DNA of 64,000 nucleotides from a virus (lineage: Duplodnaviria > Caudoviricetes): positions 1,494-65,493 of the IMG/VR virus record IMGVR_UViG_3300006903_000002, one strand, 5' to 3'. Of this stretch, positions 25,980-34,436 are shown one piece after another. The position numbers and the translations under genes are program-made. The notes beneath the pieces are model-generated. The model had not been told where the DNA came from, did no database searches, and saw only the letters and a program-made list of their open reading frames with translations. The first letter of the stretch is position 1. Each line of letters starts with the position of its first letter.

Positions 25980-28733
25980 ATGCTCCTCCCACAAACTTGC
26001 GTAGGGTGTCCCCTCTACGACTCCCACAAGAACTTCGTCCCAATGGACGGCAAGATGCTACGAGGGGTGCTCATCGTTGGAGAAGCCCCCGGTGAGTTTG
26101 AGGCGAAGGAAGGGAAGCCTTTCGTAGGTGCGGCAGGCAAACTCCTCGACCACCTCCTGCGACTAGCAGGACTCAATAGAGATGACTTTGCCGTCCACAA
26201 TGTCATCTCTTGTAGACCACCTAACAACGAATTGCGGGGCACCCCTTATGAACGTGAGGCCATCGAGCATTGCAGGCCAAATCTGGACGACACTATCAAA
26301 TCATTACGACCCAAGGTTATTATCGCTCTTGGGAACACACCTCTTGAACGACTTACAGGACGTAGCGGGATTACTCGTTTCAGAGGATACCCGCTTCGTG
26401 GCCCTTTTGACACTTGGGTCATACCCACCTTTCACCCATCCTACCTACTCCCAAGACGCGGACAAAAAAGCACCTCCCATCTGACGCCTGCGGTCATAAG
26501 AGACTTCAAATTAGCTCTTGAGATAGCTGAAAGAGGTTATTCAAGGCCAACTCCTATTTATCTTGAGGACCCTCCCGTCTCTCGTGCGGGGGCATTTTAT
26601 CTTGAGTGGGTAAATGCTGGTTGCCCACCCCTCTCAATCGACATAGAAACGCCCTATAAACTCACTACGCGGGATGAAGAAGGTCTTGACACTCTCGACA
26701 CACAGATTATTAGGACAGGATATTGCTTCAGACCCAATTATGCAATGAGTATTCCGAATACTCCTGAATATGAATCAGTGCATAAGGCTTTCATAGAGAG
26801 GCATAGGGATACTCCTGATGATAAACCCATTCAAAAGATAGTATGGAACGGCTACCACTTCGACATGCCCACAATTCGTGCGGCTACAAACTGGAAGTTG
26901 GGGGGTGAGTGGATTGATGGGATGTGGGCCTTTCACTACCTCCAACCAGATTTGCCGAGGGGACTAGAAAGCGTAGGTTCTTACTACTTCAACCAACCTC
27001 CTTGGAAACATTTGTCGAAAGAAAACCCCGCCCTCTACAATTGCATGGATGCGGATGCCGCACTACAAAATTGGATAGGTATAGAGCGTGGGTTGCGGAT
27101 GAAGGGGCAGTATGAGGGGTTCTTTGAATACCTAGTTGAGCTTGACCCCATCCTTCAGGAAGCAGGCAACAACGGCATTCACATCGACAGGAGGGCGCGG
27201 CGAATTCTTTACAAGAAGTTGAGGAAGGAAGAGAATCGCTTACTGCGGGAAGTTCAACCACTAATTCCGCAAGAGTTGCGTCCTCTGAAGCACTATAAAC
27301 GCTATCCGAAGGTGTGGGACAACAAACGACAAATAATCCCTGTGTTTGTGGAGGGGAGTGAGAAGGTCTGCACGCGCTGTGGCGCATCGGGAGTCACAAA
27401 AGGTGGCCATACGAGTCGGAAGGGCGGGAAGAATGGCATCCCGCTAAATGAGTGTTATAAGGCTGAGATAGTTGTACAAAATGGGAGGGTTTGTGAGTTT
27501 GATGTCGTAATGGACTGGAACCCAAACTCCAGTGACCAACTTATTGCATATTGTAAGCATGTGGGGCATCCCGTTGGGAAGCACCCTAAGACGAAATCTG
27601 AGACTGTAGATGATAATCATTTGGAGGTGTTGATTGAGCAATATGGAGATGAGTTCCCAATTTACAAATTGGTTACAGACATCAGGACAGTTGGGAAGTC
27701 ACTATCAACATATGTTAAAGGTCTACGGCCAGACGAGAGCGGAGTCGTGCGGACCCAATACTCTTATTCTCCTGCCACCGGGAGATTATCTTCAAAAGGT
27801 ATCCAAAGAGGGAGTGACAGGGGAGTTAATATACAAAATATTCCGCATCGGGGAGAGCACCCTTACGCTTCAGACATCAGGAGGATGATAATCCCACCCG
27901 CAGGCTACGTCTTCGTGGAAGCAGACTCATCCGCAATTGAGGCCGTGATGACGGGGCATTTCATGGGAGACGACGAATACATTCGGATGAGTCATGAGGG
28001 GATTCATGACGCATTTGCACTCAAGTCATTGCATAAAGAGAATACTGCTGCAAATAGGAAAGCCTTTAAGGATGCCTCTAAAGTGAATGGAAGTGATGAG
28101 CACATCCTGCGTGATAGGAAGAAGCGGACGGTCCACGGCGTTAGTTATGGGATGGGTCCGAGACTCATGCATATGCAGTATAGAAAGGCATTTCCATCCG
28201 TTAGGGTTGCGGAGAAAGAGATTGACGCCTTCTATGAGTTTGTGCCAAAATTAAAAGAGTGGCATCACAAGACGAGGGTGCAAGCACATGAGACGACATA
28301 CTTACAATTGCCGTTCGGAGGATACAGGCGATACTTCTACGATGTCTTCTCGTATGTGCGTGACAGGCAGGGAAACGTCATCCTCAAGGAGGATGGTAGT
28401 CCGAAGATTAAGTTGGGAGAAGATGGGAAAGCGTGCATCGCTATGTTGCCGCAGGGGAGTGCGGCGATGTTCATGAGGATGAATGCGAAGAACATTGCGA
28501 ATGATATTAGGAAGTCGAAGTTTATGTGGATTCTCCCCGGCAACTACTTAGTTCATGACTCTTATTGCTTGTGTGTCCCCGACAATCCAATAGATGTTGA
28601 AAATGCCGCTGATTTGCTTGAGAAGCACCTGACTCGCCCAATTCCCGAGATGGGTGGCCTGCGGGTTGGGTGTGAGATTAAGGTGGGACATAATTGGGAA
28701 GAAATGGAAACAATCAGAGTGGTGAAGGTATGA
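25980..28733 (+). CDS. family A DNA polymerase with N-terminal family-4 uracil-DNA glycosylase-like domain and 3'-5' exonuclease
   Basis: CVGCPL, VGEAPG..E...G.PFVG.AG, CRPPNN, TFHPS; exonuclease DIET, N..FD, YN..D; ATGRLSS, NIQNIP, motif A EADSSAIE, motif B KRTVHGVSYG, motif C VHDS. Confidence 0.95.
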   Translation: MLLPQTCVGCPLYDSHKNFVPMDGKMLRGVLIVGEAPGEFEAKEGKPFVGAAGKLLDHLLRLAGLNRDDFAVHNVISCRPPNNELRGTPYEREAIEHCRPNLDDTIKSLRPKVIIALGNTPLERLTGRSGITRFRGYPLRGPFDTWVIPTFHPSYLLPRRGQKSTSHLTPAVIRDFKLALEIAERGYSRPTPIYLEDPPVSRAGAFYLEWVNAGCPPLSIDIETPYKLTTRDEEGLDTLDTQIIRTGYCFRPNYAMSIPNTPEYESVHKAFIERHRDTPDDKPIQKIVWNGYHFDMPTIRAATNWKLGGEWIDGMWAFHYLQPDLPRGLESVGSYYFNQPPWKHLSKENPALYNCMDADAALQNWIGIERGLRMKGQYEGFFEYLVELDPILQEAGNNGIHIDRRARRILYKKLRKEENRLLREVQPLIPQELRPLKHYKRYPKVWDNKRQIIPVFVEGSEKVCTRCGASGVTKGGHTSRKGGKNGIPLNECYKAEIVVQNGRVCEFDVVMDWNPNSSDQLIAYCKHVGHPVGKHPKTKSETVDDNHLEVLIEQYGDEFPIYKLVTDIRTVGKSLSTYVKGLRPDESGVVRTQYSYSPATGRLSSKGIQRGSDRGVNIQNIPHRGEHPYASDIRRMIIPPAGYVFVEADSSAIEAVMTGHFMGDDEYIRMSHEGIHDAFALKSLHKENTAANRKAFKDASKVNGSDEHILRDRKKRTVHGVSYGMGPRLMHMQYRKAFPSVRVAEKEIDAFYEFVPKLKEWHHKTRVQAHETTYLQLPFGGYRRYFYDVFSYVRDRQGNVILKEDGSPKIKLGEDGKACIAMLPQGSAAMFMRMNAKNIANDIRKSKFMWILPGNYLVHDSYCLCVPDNPIDVENAADLLEKHLTRPIPEMGGLRVGCEIKVGHNWEEMETIRVVKV

Positions 28734-28984
28734 TATTTCAGGTGCGAAAAATTGATTCATGGCTTCCTTTTATGCGAGGCACAGTAGTATGTAAGATATG
28801 TGAGAAAGAGTGGCATTTCTGCGGCATTTGTTATGAGGAAACTATGGTTAGGTTCGTTGACAATTTTGAGTGGAGACACTACAACGACGAACATTCCCCT
28901 AAAGAAGGACAAATGCAGTGGGAAGTAGAATTTGGAAAAATCACGCCAGAACCATATATAAAAGTCGATTTGAGGAGATATTAA
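28730..28984 (+). CDS. hypothetical protein
   Basis: ATGA overlap with pol; CKIC and CGIC. Confidence 0.55.
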   Translation: MIFQVRKIDSWLPFMRGTVVCKICEKEWHFCGICYEETMVRFVDNFEWRHYNDEHSPKEGQMQWEVEFGKITPEPYIKVDLRRY

Positions 28985-29218
28985 ATGATTTACCGTTTCA
29001 CTGCGGAAGAAGACATTCGTTACAAGATGATGAGTTCATATCCGCCAGAGGGGTTCTTCGTTCCACAGGGAGGCACATTCCTCATTCTAGAGGATGTCAT
29101 AAAGCATCTTCGTGTGAAGAAGGCATCCAATGGGAGGGCTAAGGGCAAATATCACTTAGATGTGGTTGGAGAAGGCATTCCTGCCCACATTAGGAGTCAT
29201 GCTGAAGGGAGCATCTAA
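28985..29218 (+). CDS. hypothetical protein
   Basis: SD GAGGAG. Confidence 0.6.
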   Translation: MIYRFTAEEDIRYKMMSSYPPEGFFVPQGGTFLILEDVIKHLRVKKASNGRAKGKYHLDVVGEGIPAHIRSHAEGSI

Positions 29219-29829
29219 TGCGAATAGGCTTCGATGTGGATGGAGTGCTTGCATCTTTCAACGACTCCTTCGTCCCAATGGTCATAAAGGTGACGCAAAG
29301 GAATTTGTTCCCGCCTGAGTGGTGGGATAGGCCGGGACATTATGGGAATTTGTGTAGTCGCCCACCTTGTTGGAACTACCCACAACACTTCGGATACACG
29401 AATGAGGAATGTGAAAGTGTGTGGAATGAAATCGACAAGAGCAATGACTTTTGGAGGCTTCTCAAACCGATTCAACCAAACTTTGACGACACAGTGACAC
29501 TCTACAACTATAGTGAGAATGACATTTACTTCATAACGAACCGTCCGAAGGGAATTGGTGCTAAGTGGCAAACAGAGTATTGGCTACAGTTGCATGGAAT
29601 TGACTCTCCAACGGTAATCATTAGTGATAAGAAGGGAATGCTTGCACACGCGCTCAACCTACAACTGTATATAGATGATAAGTGGGAGAATTGCGCAGAC
29701 GTTGTAGGACAGTCGCCCACAACGCATACATACTTGTTGGATGCTCCTTACAACCGTCTTGAGTTGCAAGAGATTGGTTTTAAGCGTGTTAAGACGATTG
29801 CTGAGATGTTCAGTGGGGAGGGACTATGA
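29218..29829 (+). CDS. HAD-family 5'(3')-deoxyribonucleotidase
   Basis: DVDGVLA, YFITNR, YIDDK, APYN. Confidence 0.88.
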   Translation: MRIGFDVDGVLASFNDSFVPMVIKVTQRNLFPPEWWDRPGHYGNLCSRPPCWNYPQHFGYTNEECESVWNEIDKSNDFWRLLKPIQPNFDDTVTLYNYSENDIYFITNRPKGIGAKWQTEYWLQLHGIDSPTVIISDKKGMLAHALNLQLYIDDKWENCADVVGQSPTTHTYLLDAPYNRLELQEIGFKRVKTIAEMFSGEGL

Positions 29830-30416
29830 ACTTTATGAAGGTGCTAGAGGGTAGCACAAAATGGTATTGCACGGTTGAGGACTGTAGGGAGTTTGCCGTG
29901 AACAATGTGAGAGGCAACTTGTGTGAGGAACATGCGAGGATGAGTAAGGCGGGGAACATCTTGAAGCACAAGCCGGGGGTGACGGACTACTTCAAACAGC
30001 TTGAGAGGGAGGAGATGGAAAAAAAGAATGCGCCTACTGTACGGACATTCTCTACAGGTGCAACACGAGATGTTGACGACGGCAAATATGATTATGAAGC
30101 ATTTATATCTCCCGCTGTTCTAAAAAGATATGCAGAATTTATGCACTCTAATCGTTACCAAAAAGATGGCACTATTCGTGATGGAGACAATTGGGCCAAG
30201 GGAATTCCCAAATCCGCTTATGCTAAAAGCCTTATACGACATACAATAGAATTTTGGCAGGGAGTTAGAGGAATGGCTTCTACACAATTAGAGATAATTT
30301 TATGTGCAATTATTTTCAATGCTTCTGGCTATTTGTATGAACTACTCCAAGAGCGTGGAGCTGCGGGTAAAAGACCACAAGATTTGTCCAAAACACTCGA
30401 AATCGCCAAGGTATAG
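29826..30416 (+). CDS. dATP/dGTP diphosphohydrolase (DUF5664-like)
   Basis: RTFSTGATRD...GKYD...SP...DNWAKGIP...SLIRH. Confidence 0.85.
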   Translation: MNFMKVLEGSTKWYCTVEDCREFAVNNVRGNLCEEHARMSKAGNILKHKPGVTDYFKQLEREEMEKKNAPTVRTFSTGATRDVDDGKYDYEAFISPAVLKRYAEFMHSNRYQKDGTIRDGDNWAKGIPKSAYAKSLIRHTIEFWQGVRGMASTQLEIILCAIIFNASGYLYELLQERGAAGKRPQDLSKTLEIAKV

Positions 30417-30828
30417 AAACCGCTGTCTAGAATGCGGAAGAGAGAATGCAAAGGCATGGAATGCTTCTCACAGGAAACTTTGTAGGCGGCGTAACCATAA
30501 ATATCATAGAGAAAACGCTGATGAAATAGCGGTCAGAAAAAGAAGTTGGTATTTGAAAACAAGAAGCATTCGTAAGGAAATGACTATACGTAATGGTAGA
30601 AAACGCTGTAGAGAGTCAAATGACAGTAGTGCTCCACGATACGGTAAATGCCCTACATGCTTTAGAAATATGCAGTTAGTTTATGACCATAATCATAAAA
30701 CTAAACAATTTAGAGGCTGGATTTGTTGCAATTGTAATTGTGCATTAGGCCATGCAAAAGATAATCCAGCTACCCTGCGAAGGTTAGCCGAATATCTAGA
30801 GTACACTGCTAAGAGGACTTCACAATGA
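30304..30828 (+). CDS. endonuclease VII-like (His-Me finger) homing endonuclease
   Basis: CPTC...DHNHKT..FRGWICCNCNCALG..KDN; true start uncertain. Confidence 0.85.
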   Translation: MQLFSMLLAICMNYSKSVELRVKDHKICPKHSKSPRYRNRCLECGRENAKAWNASHRKLCRRRNHKYHRENADEIAVRKRSWYLKTRSIRKEMTIRNGRKRCRESNDSSAPRYGKCPTCFRNMQLVYDHNHKTKQFRGWICCNCNCALGHAKDNPATLRRLAEYLEYTAKRTSQ

Positions 30829-30941
30829 CTATAAAAGTGTTCTGTAAACGTCATCCTAAGTATAGAGGGAAGTTAAAACCGAGAGTAGCGTGTGAAGATT
30901 GTTGGTGGGTGTGGTTTGCTAAGGTGATATATGCCACATAA
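30825..30941 (+). CDS. small CxxHPKY...CxxCW protein (38 aa)
   Basis: ATGA overlap, SD GAGG; CKRHPKYRGKLKPRVACEDCW. Confidence 0.65.
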   Translation: MTIKVFCKRHPKYRGKLKPRVACEDCWWVWFAKVIYAT

Positions 30942-31085
30942 AGACGGCGGGGAACGCTGTTTAGTTGGGCATGTTAGTGAGGATGGCGAGTGGTTGCCTA
31001 CTTGCATAAAATGTACTCAATGCCATGAATGGATTCGTCCTGAAGACATGCAGGATGATTGCCCACACGAGAAGGAGGAGAAGAA

Positions 31086-31448
31086 ATGACTATTCTTGTG
31101 TGTGGAGATAGGGAGTGGACAGACGCAGAAAAGATGTGGACACGCTTAAGACAGATTGATGTATCTACTTATGAGGAAGAGATTGTTCTTGTGGAAGGGG
31201 ATTGTAGGGGAGCCGATAGGATGGCTGGAAGGATAGGGATAGAGTTAGGAATGAAGGTTGTGCCTGTGCCTGCGGAGTGGGACAAGCACGGCAGGAGTGC
31301 AGGACCTATTCGCAATAGGAAGATGTTAGACGAATACAAACCACGATTGGTGATTGGTTTCCATAAGAGTTTGTGGACTTCGAAGGGCACTCTTGATTGT
31401 ATGAGAGAGGCTGCAAAGAGGGGTATTAAAGTGGAGTTGGTGCAATGA
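31086..31448 (+). CDS. SLOG family (DUF2493/YspA-like) protein
   Basis: ILVCGDR, EGDCRGAD, AEW..HGRSAGPIRN..M, SKGT. Confidence 0.9.
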   Translation: MTILVCGDREWTDAEKMWTRLRQIDVSTYEEEIVLVEGDCRGADRMAGRIGIELGMKVVPVPAEWDKHGRSAGPIRNRKMLDEYKPRLVIGFHKSLWTSKGTLDCMREAAKRGIKVELVQ

Positions 31449-31666
31449 AAATGAATGAGGCAATCGAATTACTAGTTCAAGAAGTTGATAGAGCAAAGAC
31501 AAAGCATAAGGGCGACTTTCAAAATCATCGTGAAGCACATTCTGTAATTGAAGAGGAGTATGATGAGTTTTGGGACGAAATAAAGGACGATAGATATGAC
31601 TATGCAAAGAATGAGGCTATTCAACTTGGGGCGATGGTTCTACGTTATTTGACTGAATTGCATTAG
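31445..31666 (+). CDS. small MazG-like all-alpha NTP pyrophosphatase
   Basis: EEEYDE...EAIQLGAM. Confidence 0.6.
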   Translation: MKMNEAIELLVQEVDRAKTKHKGDFQNHREAHSVIEEEYDEFWDEIKDDRYDYAKNEAIQLGAMVLRYLTELH

Positions 31667-31943
31667 GGCGCTTCTTAGATTTGTGAAGTGGCCCAACTAT
31701 CCACTCTTTTTGTATCATCTTCCTCGGCACGAAACAAGTCGTCCTTACATTCCCATCCTCGCACAAATCCATACACAACGACACTCCTACTTCATCACTC
31801 AACAACAGAATGCCTACGCTCGTATAGGTGAGAGGCTTGTGTGAGATGTCTTCAAGAACTTGGTCATGCGCATTTCCATGCGCGTCATCCCATTCGACCG
31901 CCACGATGACCTTCTTCTTGTTGGGCGGGAATATTCCACTCAT
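31617..31943 (-). CDS. conserved phage hypothetical protein
   Basis: VEWDDAH...SVGILL...VPRKMI. Confidence 0.7.
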   Translation of the reverse strand: MSGIFPPNKKKVIVAVEWDDAHGNAHDQVLEDISHKPLTYTSVGILLLSDEVGVSLCMDLCEDGNVRTTCFVPRKMIQKEWIVGPLHKSKKRPNAIQSNNVEPSPQVE

Positions 31944-32335
31944 TCCTTTACAACCTCTATAATCTTACTATTCTTCCACGATAGAGAGGATTCGCTAAAA
32001 GTTCCCGTGGCCGGATTATAATCAAATTGAAATTGTCGTGCTGAACTTTTTAGGAATGCCTTAATAGCTTTGTATTCGAAAGGAGTCACCTGAATATCTC
32101 CAACAAGGTTGGGTGGAAAGGCTTCACAGATTTCCTTACCCTTTTGTTCCAAAGGAGTTGGGCCTAGTTTTTGTGATGCCCAAAAGGACTCTGAATTCCG
32201 TTGAAGCTCTCCATAGGTCCTAGGTTGACCATAAACATTCTGTTGTCCCAATTGATTCTGCTGTTGCAGCCCTCCAAGTTGGTTGGTTTGCATACCTAAG
32301 AATTGCAAAATTTCGTTATATTGAGATATGGACAT
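31940..32335 (-). CDS. hypothetical protein
   Basis: Overlaps both neighbours; Gln-rich N-terminus. Confidence 0.6.
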   Translation of the reverse strand: MSISQYNEILQFLGMQTNQLGGLQQQNQLGQQNVYGQPRTYGELQRNSESFWASQKLGPTPLEQKGKEICEAFPPNLVGDIQVTPFEYKAIKAFLKSSARQFQFDYNPATGTFSESSLSWKNSKIIEVVKE

Positions 32336-33080
32336 CGTGCTTCCCCCTCACGCCACTCAGACGTATGCGTGGACTGCCTAATTTTGTGGGTGCAAACTGT
32401 TTCATCTCCGCGTAGGAGTCTTCGTAGTAGAGGTATGAACCGCAGGACACAAAATGCACTTTACGATTCTCAATCCCCCTCCCGACCCTCTTGAAGGTGG
32501 TTTTGACCCCCATGACGAGTTGATGATTGTGCCCCCCACAATACACATCACACCCCTCTACAATGTCCTGAAGCTTTATAATGCGTGTGAGGGCACTTGG
32601 GAGAGACGAACCGCCTGTAGTGTGATGAAAATAGATGTCGTAGTTTTCCCAAAATCCCGCAGATTGTGGGCGACTACCCACTTTAAAATTGACGACGGCG
32701 CTCCACTCACAATAAGGGATGGAGAGGGAGTCGCAGAGGGATTCGGTTGGGGAGTGGCCGGTATGGTCGAGGATACGTTGTTCATGATTTCCATCTATCG
32801 CGCCTATGATTTGCTTCCTAACGGGATTGAGGAAGTCTTTCAACTCCTTAAACTCCCTCACGTTGAATCCAAAAGGACTATCCTTACTATTGCGGGTTGC
32901 CGCTGTGCCTAGGTCGCCAAGAAGGAATATTCTGCTGTTAGGGTGTTCCAATACCCAATCTACATAGCCTTTCAACTTCTTCAAACCCTTTGGTTTAAAG
33001 TGTGGGTCGCCCCAATGCACATCCCCGATTGGAATGATGTAGGCACAGTCCTGCGGAATGCGAACTTCTAAGCATTTCAT
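32316..33080 (-). CDS. calcineurin-like metallophosphoesterase
   Basis: GDVHWG, LGDL, GNHE, HH, GHNH; own promoter TGTGCTATACT and SD GGGGAG upstream. Confidence 0.9.
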   Translation of the reverse strand: MKCLEVRIPQDCAYIIPIGDVHWGDPHFKPKGLKKLKGYVDWVLEHPNSRIFLLGDLGTAATRNSKDSPFGFNVREFKELKDFLNPVRKQIIGAIDGNHEQRILDHTGHSPTESLCDSLSIPYCEWSAVVNFKVGSRPQSAGFWENYDIYFHHTTGGSSLPSALTRIIKLQDIVEGCDVYCGGHNHQLVMGVKTTFKRVGRGIENRKVHFVSCGSYLYYEDSYAEMKQFAPTKLGSPRIRLSGVRGKHDVHISI

Positions 33081-33118
33081 ATTGTTTTGCCTCTCCCCTT
33101 AGTATAGCACAAGAGAGG

Positions 33119-34102
33119 CTATTTTATGGTGATTTTCTTGCTCTTTGCGGAAGGTCGTTGATTGCGTTCTGCCAGTAGCTCAGGTATAACGGGTTGGTTC
33201 TGTTCGAGTGCAGATTGTATTGCTATGCGCTCCGCATCTTTTTGTTCAAGATATTTTTGAAACTTCTGTTTGAATTTCTCCCCTTGCGCTCGTGCAAGGA
33301 ATTCACTGCTATTTGCGTCGTATCCCCCCGGCAGGTCTTGAGTAAACTGATATAGCTCATCGAAGTTTGGTCGTGCAATGCGGTCGGCAGTGTGTTGCAA
33401 TTCGTGGCCTATAGTCGGTATATTCGCCAGTCTTGGATTTAATTGAACGTTAGAGAATTTCGTTGGGAAATCTTGTGACATAGGTTCAGAGGCACCAAAC
33501 AACATACGTCCCAATTGTCGTTGTTGTTCCTCTTCCATAAAATGAGTTGATGTGATATCATTGATATGACCAAAGAGGCGTGGGTATTTTTGTTGCGCGA
33601 AGCGCAGAGCTTCCATAACCATAGGCTTGAGGGGTTGATTCGGGATGCCAGTGGGCGTATTGCGTGAATGCATCATTTGGACCCCCTCATTCTGAAGGCG
33701 CTCAATCAAATCCGCTCCTCTCTGCTTCACCATCTTAATCAGTTCGGGTGGGACGCCTGCGACAGCGCCTAATGGGAGCGCGTGTGCAACAGGGCCAAGC
33801 AATTGACTCACCAAATCAGCCGGTCCCAATTCGGCGTTCGGGTCGGTCGCACCCCCACTCACAAACGCGCCCACCTTGCCGAGAGGCGTCTCGGAGAAGG
33901 CATTCCACTTCTCACGCTCCTTATCAGGGGTCATTCGAGTAGCTTGTCGAAGTGCAAGCATTGGGTCTTCCTGCGCATAGGGAGAAACATTGTTGTCGGA
34001 AGGGACGTAGCCCTCTACGAAACTGCTTGCGGGGGTGTTGATGGGGATTGTTTGTCCAGCCAGCGCCCGAGAAAGTGCATCCTTTTTATTGTCCTGTGGC
34101 AT
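33119..34102 (-). CDS. putative internal virion protein with HExxH motif
   Basis: IGHELQHTAD...YDANSSEFLAR; end of the internal-protein block. Confidence 0.6.
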   Translation of the reverse strand: MPQDNKKDALSRALAGQTIPINTPASSFVEGYVPSDNNVSPYAQEDPMLALRQATRMTPDKEREKWNAFSETPLGKVGAFVSGGATDPNAELGPADLVSQLLGPVAHALPLGAVAGVPPELIKMVKQRGADLIERLQNEGVQMMHSRNTPTGIPNQPLKPMVMEALRFAQQKYPRLFGHINDITSTHFMEEEQQRQLGRMLFGASEPMSQDFPTKFSNVQLNPRLANIPTIGHELQHTADRIARPNFDELYQFTQDLPGGYDANSSEFLARAQGEKFKQKFQKYLEQKDAERIAIQSALEQNQPVIPELLAERNQRPSAKSKKITIK

Positions 34103-34436
34103 TCCCTCTAATCTCCACAACCACGTTAGGTGCTTTAATTATCTTTCCATTGGATTGTGTAATCCATGCACTCACTTCATAATGCCCACTTAAAACATCC
34201 TTGTAGTATGATTTCCACAAAATAGGGGCATTCTCACCATCCAACTGCTTCTCACTCGCATTGTCAATATCCCCTCCAACCATCTTAATCGTCAACAATC
34301 TATTGTCTTTGAGAGGGAATATGCGTACTTGAATGTCGATGTCACTTTTGACGATTGCAACTTGCGGATGCACACTTAGGATAATGGGGTTGGACGCGCT
34401 CAAAGCAGCGACTAAAAAGATTGCTAACAACTTCAT
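34086..34436 (-). CDS. exported Ig-like small protein
   Basis: Signal peptide MKLLAIFLVAALSA; beta-rich; GHYEVSA. Confidence 0.6.
   Translation of the reverse strand: MKLLAIFLVAALSASNPIILSVHPQVAIVKSDIDIQVRIFPLKDNRLLTIKMVGGDIDNASEKQLDGENAPILWKSYYKDVLSGHYEVSAWITQSNGKIIKAPNVVVEIRGNATGQ

Noticed and set aside
29218-31666. Z-genome or 7-deazaguanine DNA modification pathway
   Set aside because: DUF5664 and MazG-like genes are present, but no PurZ, DpdA, QueC, QueE or FolE was recognised in the window
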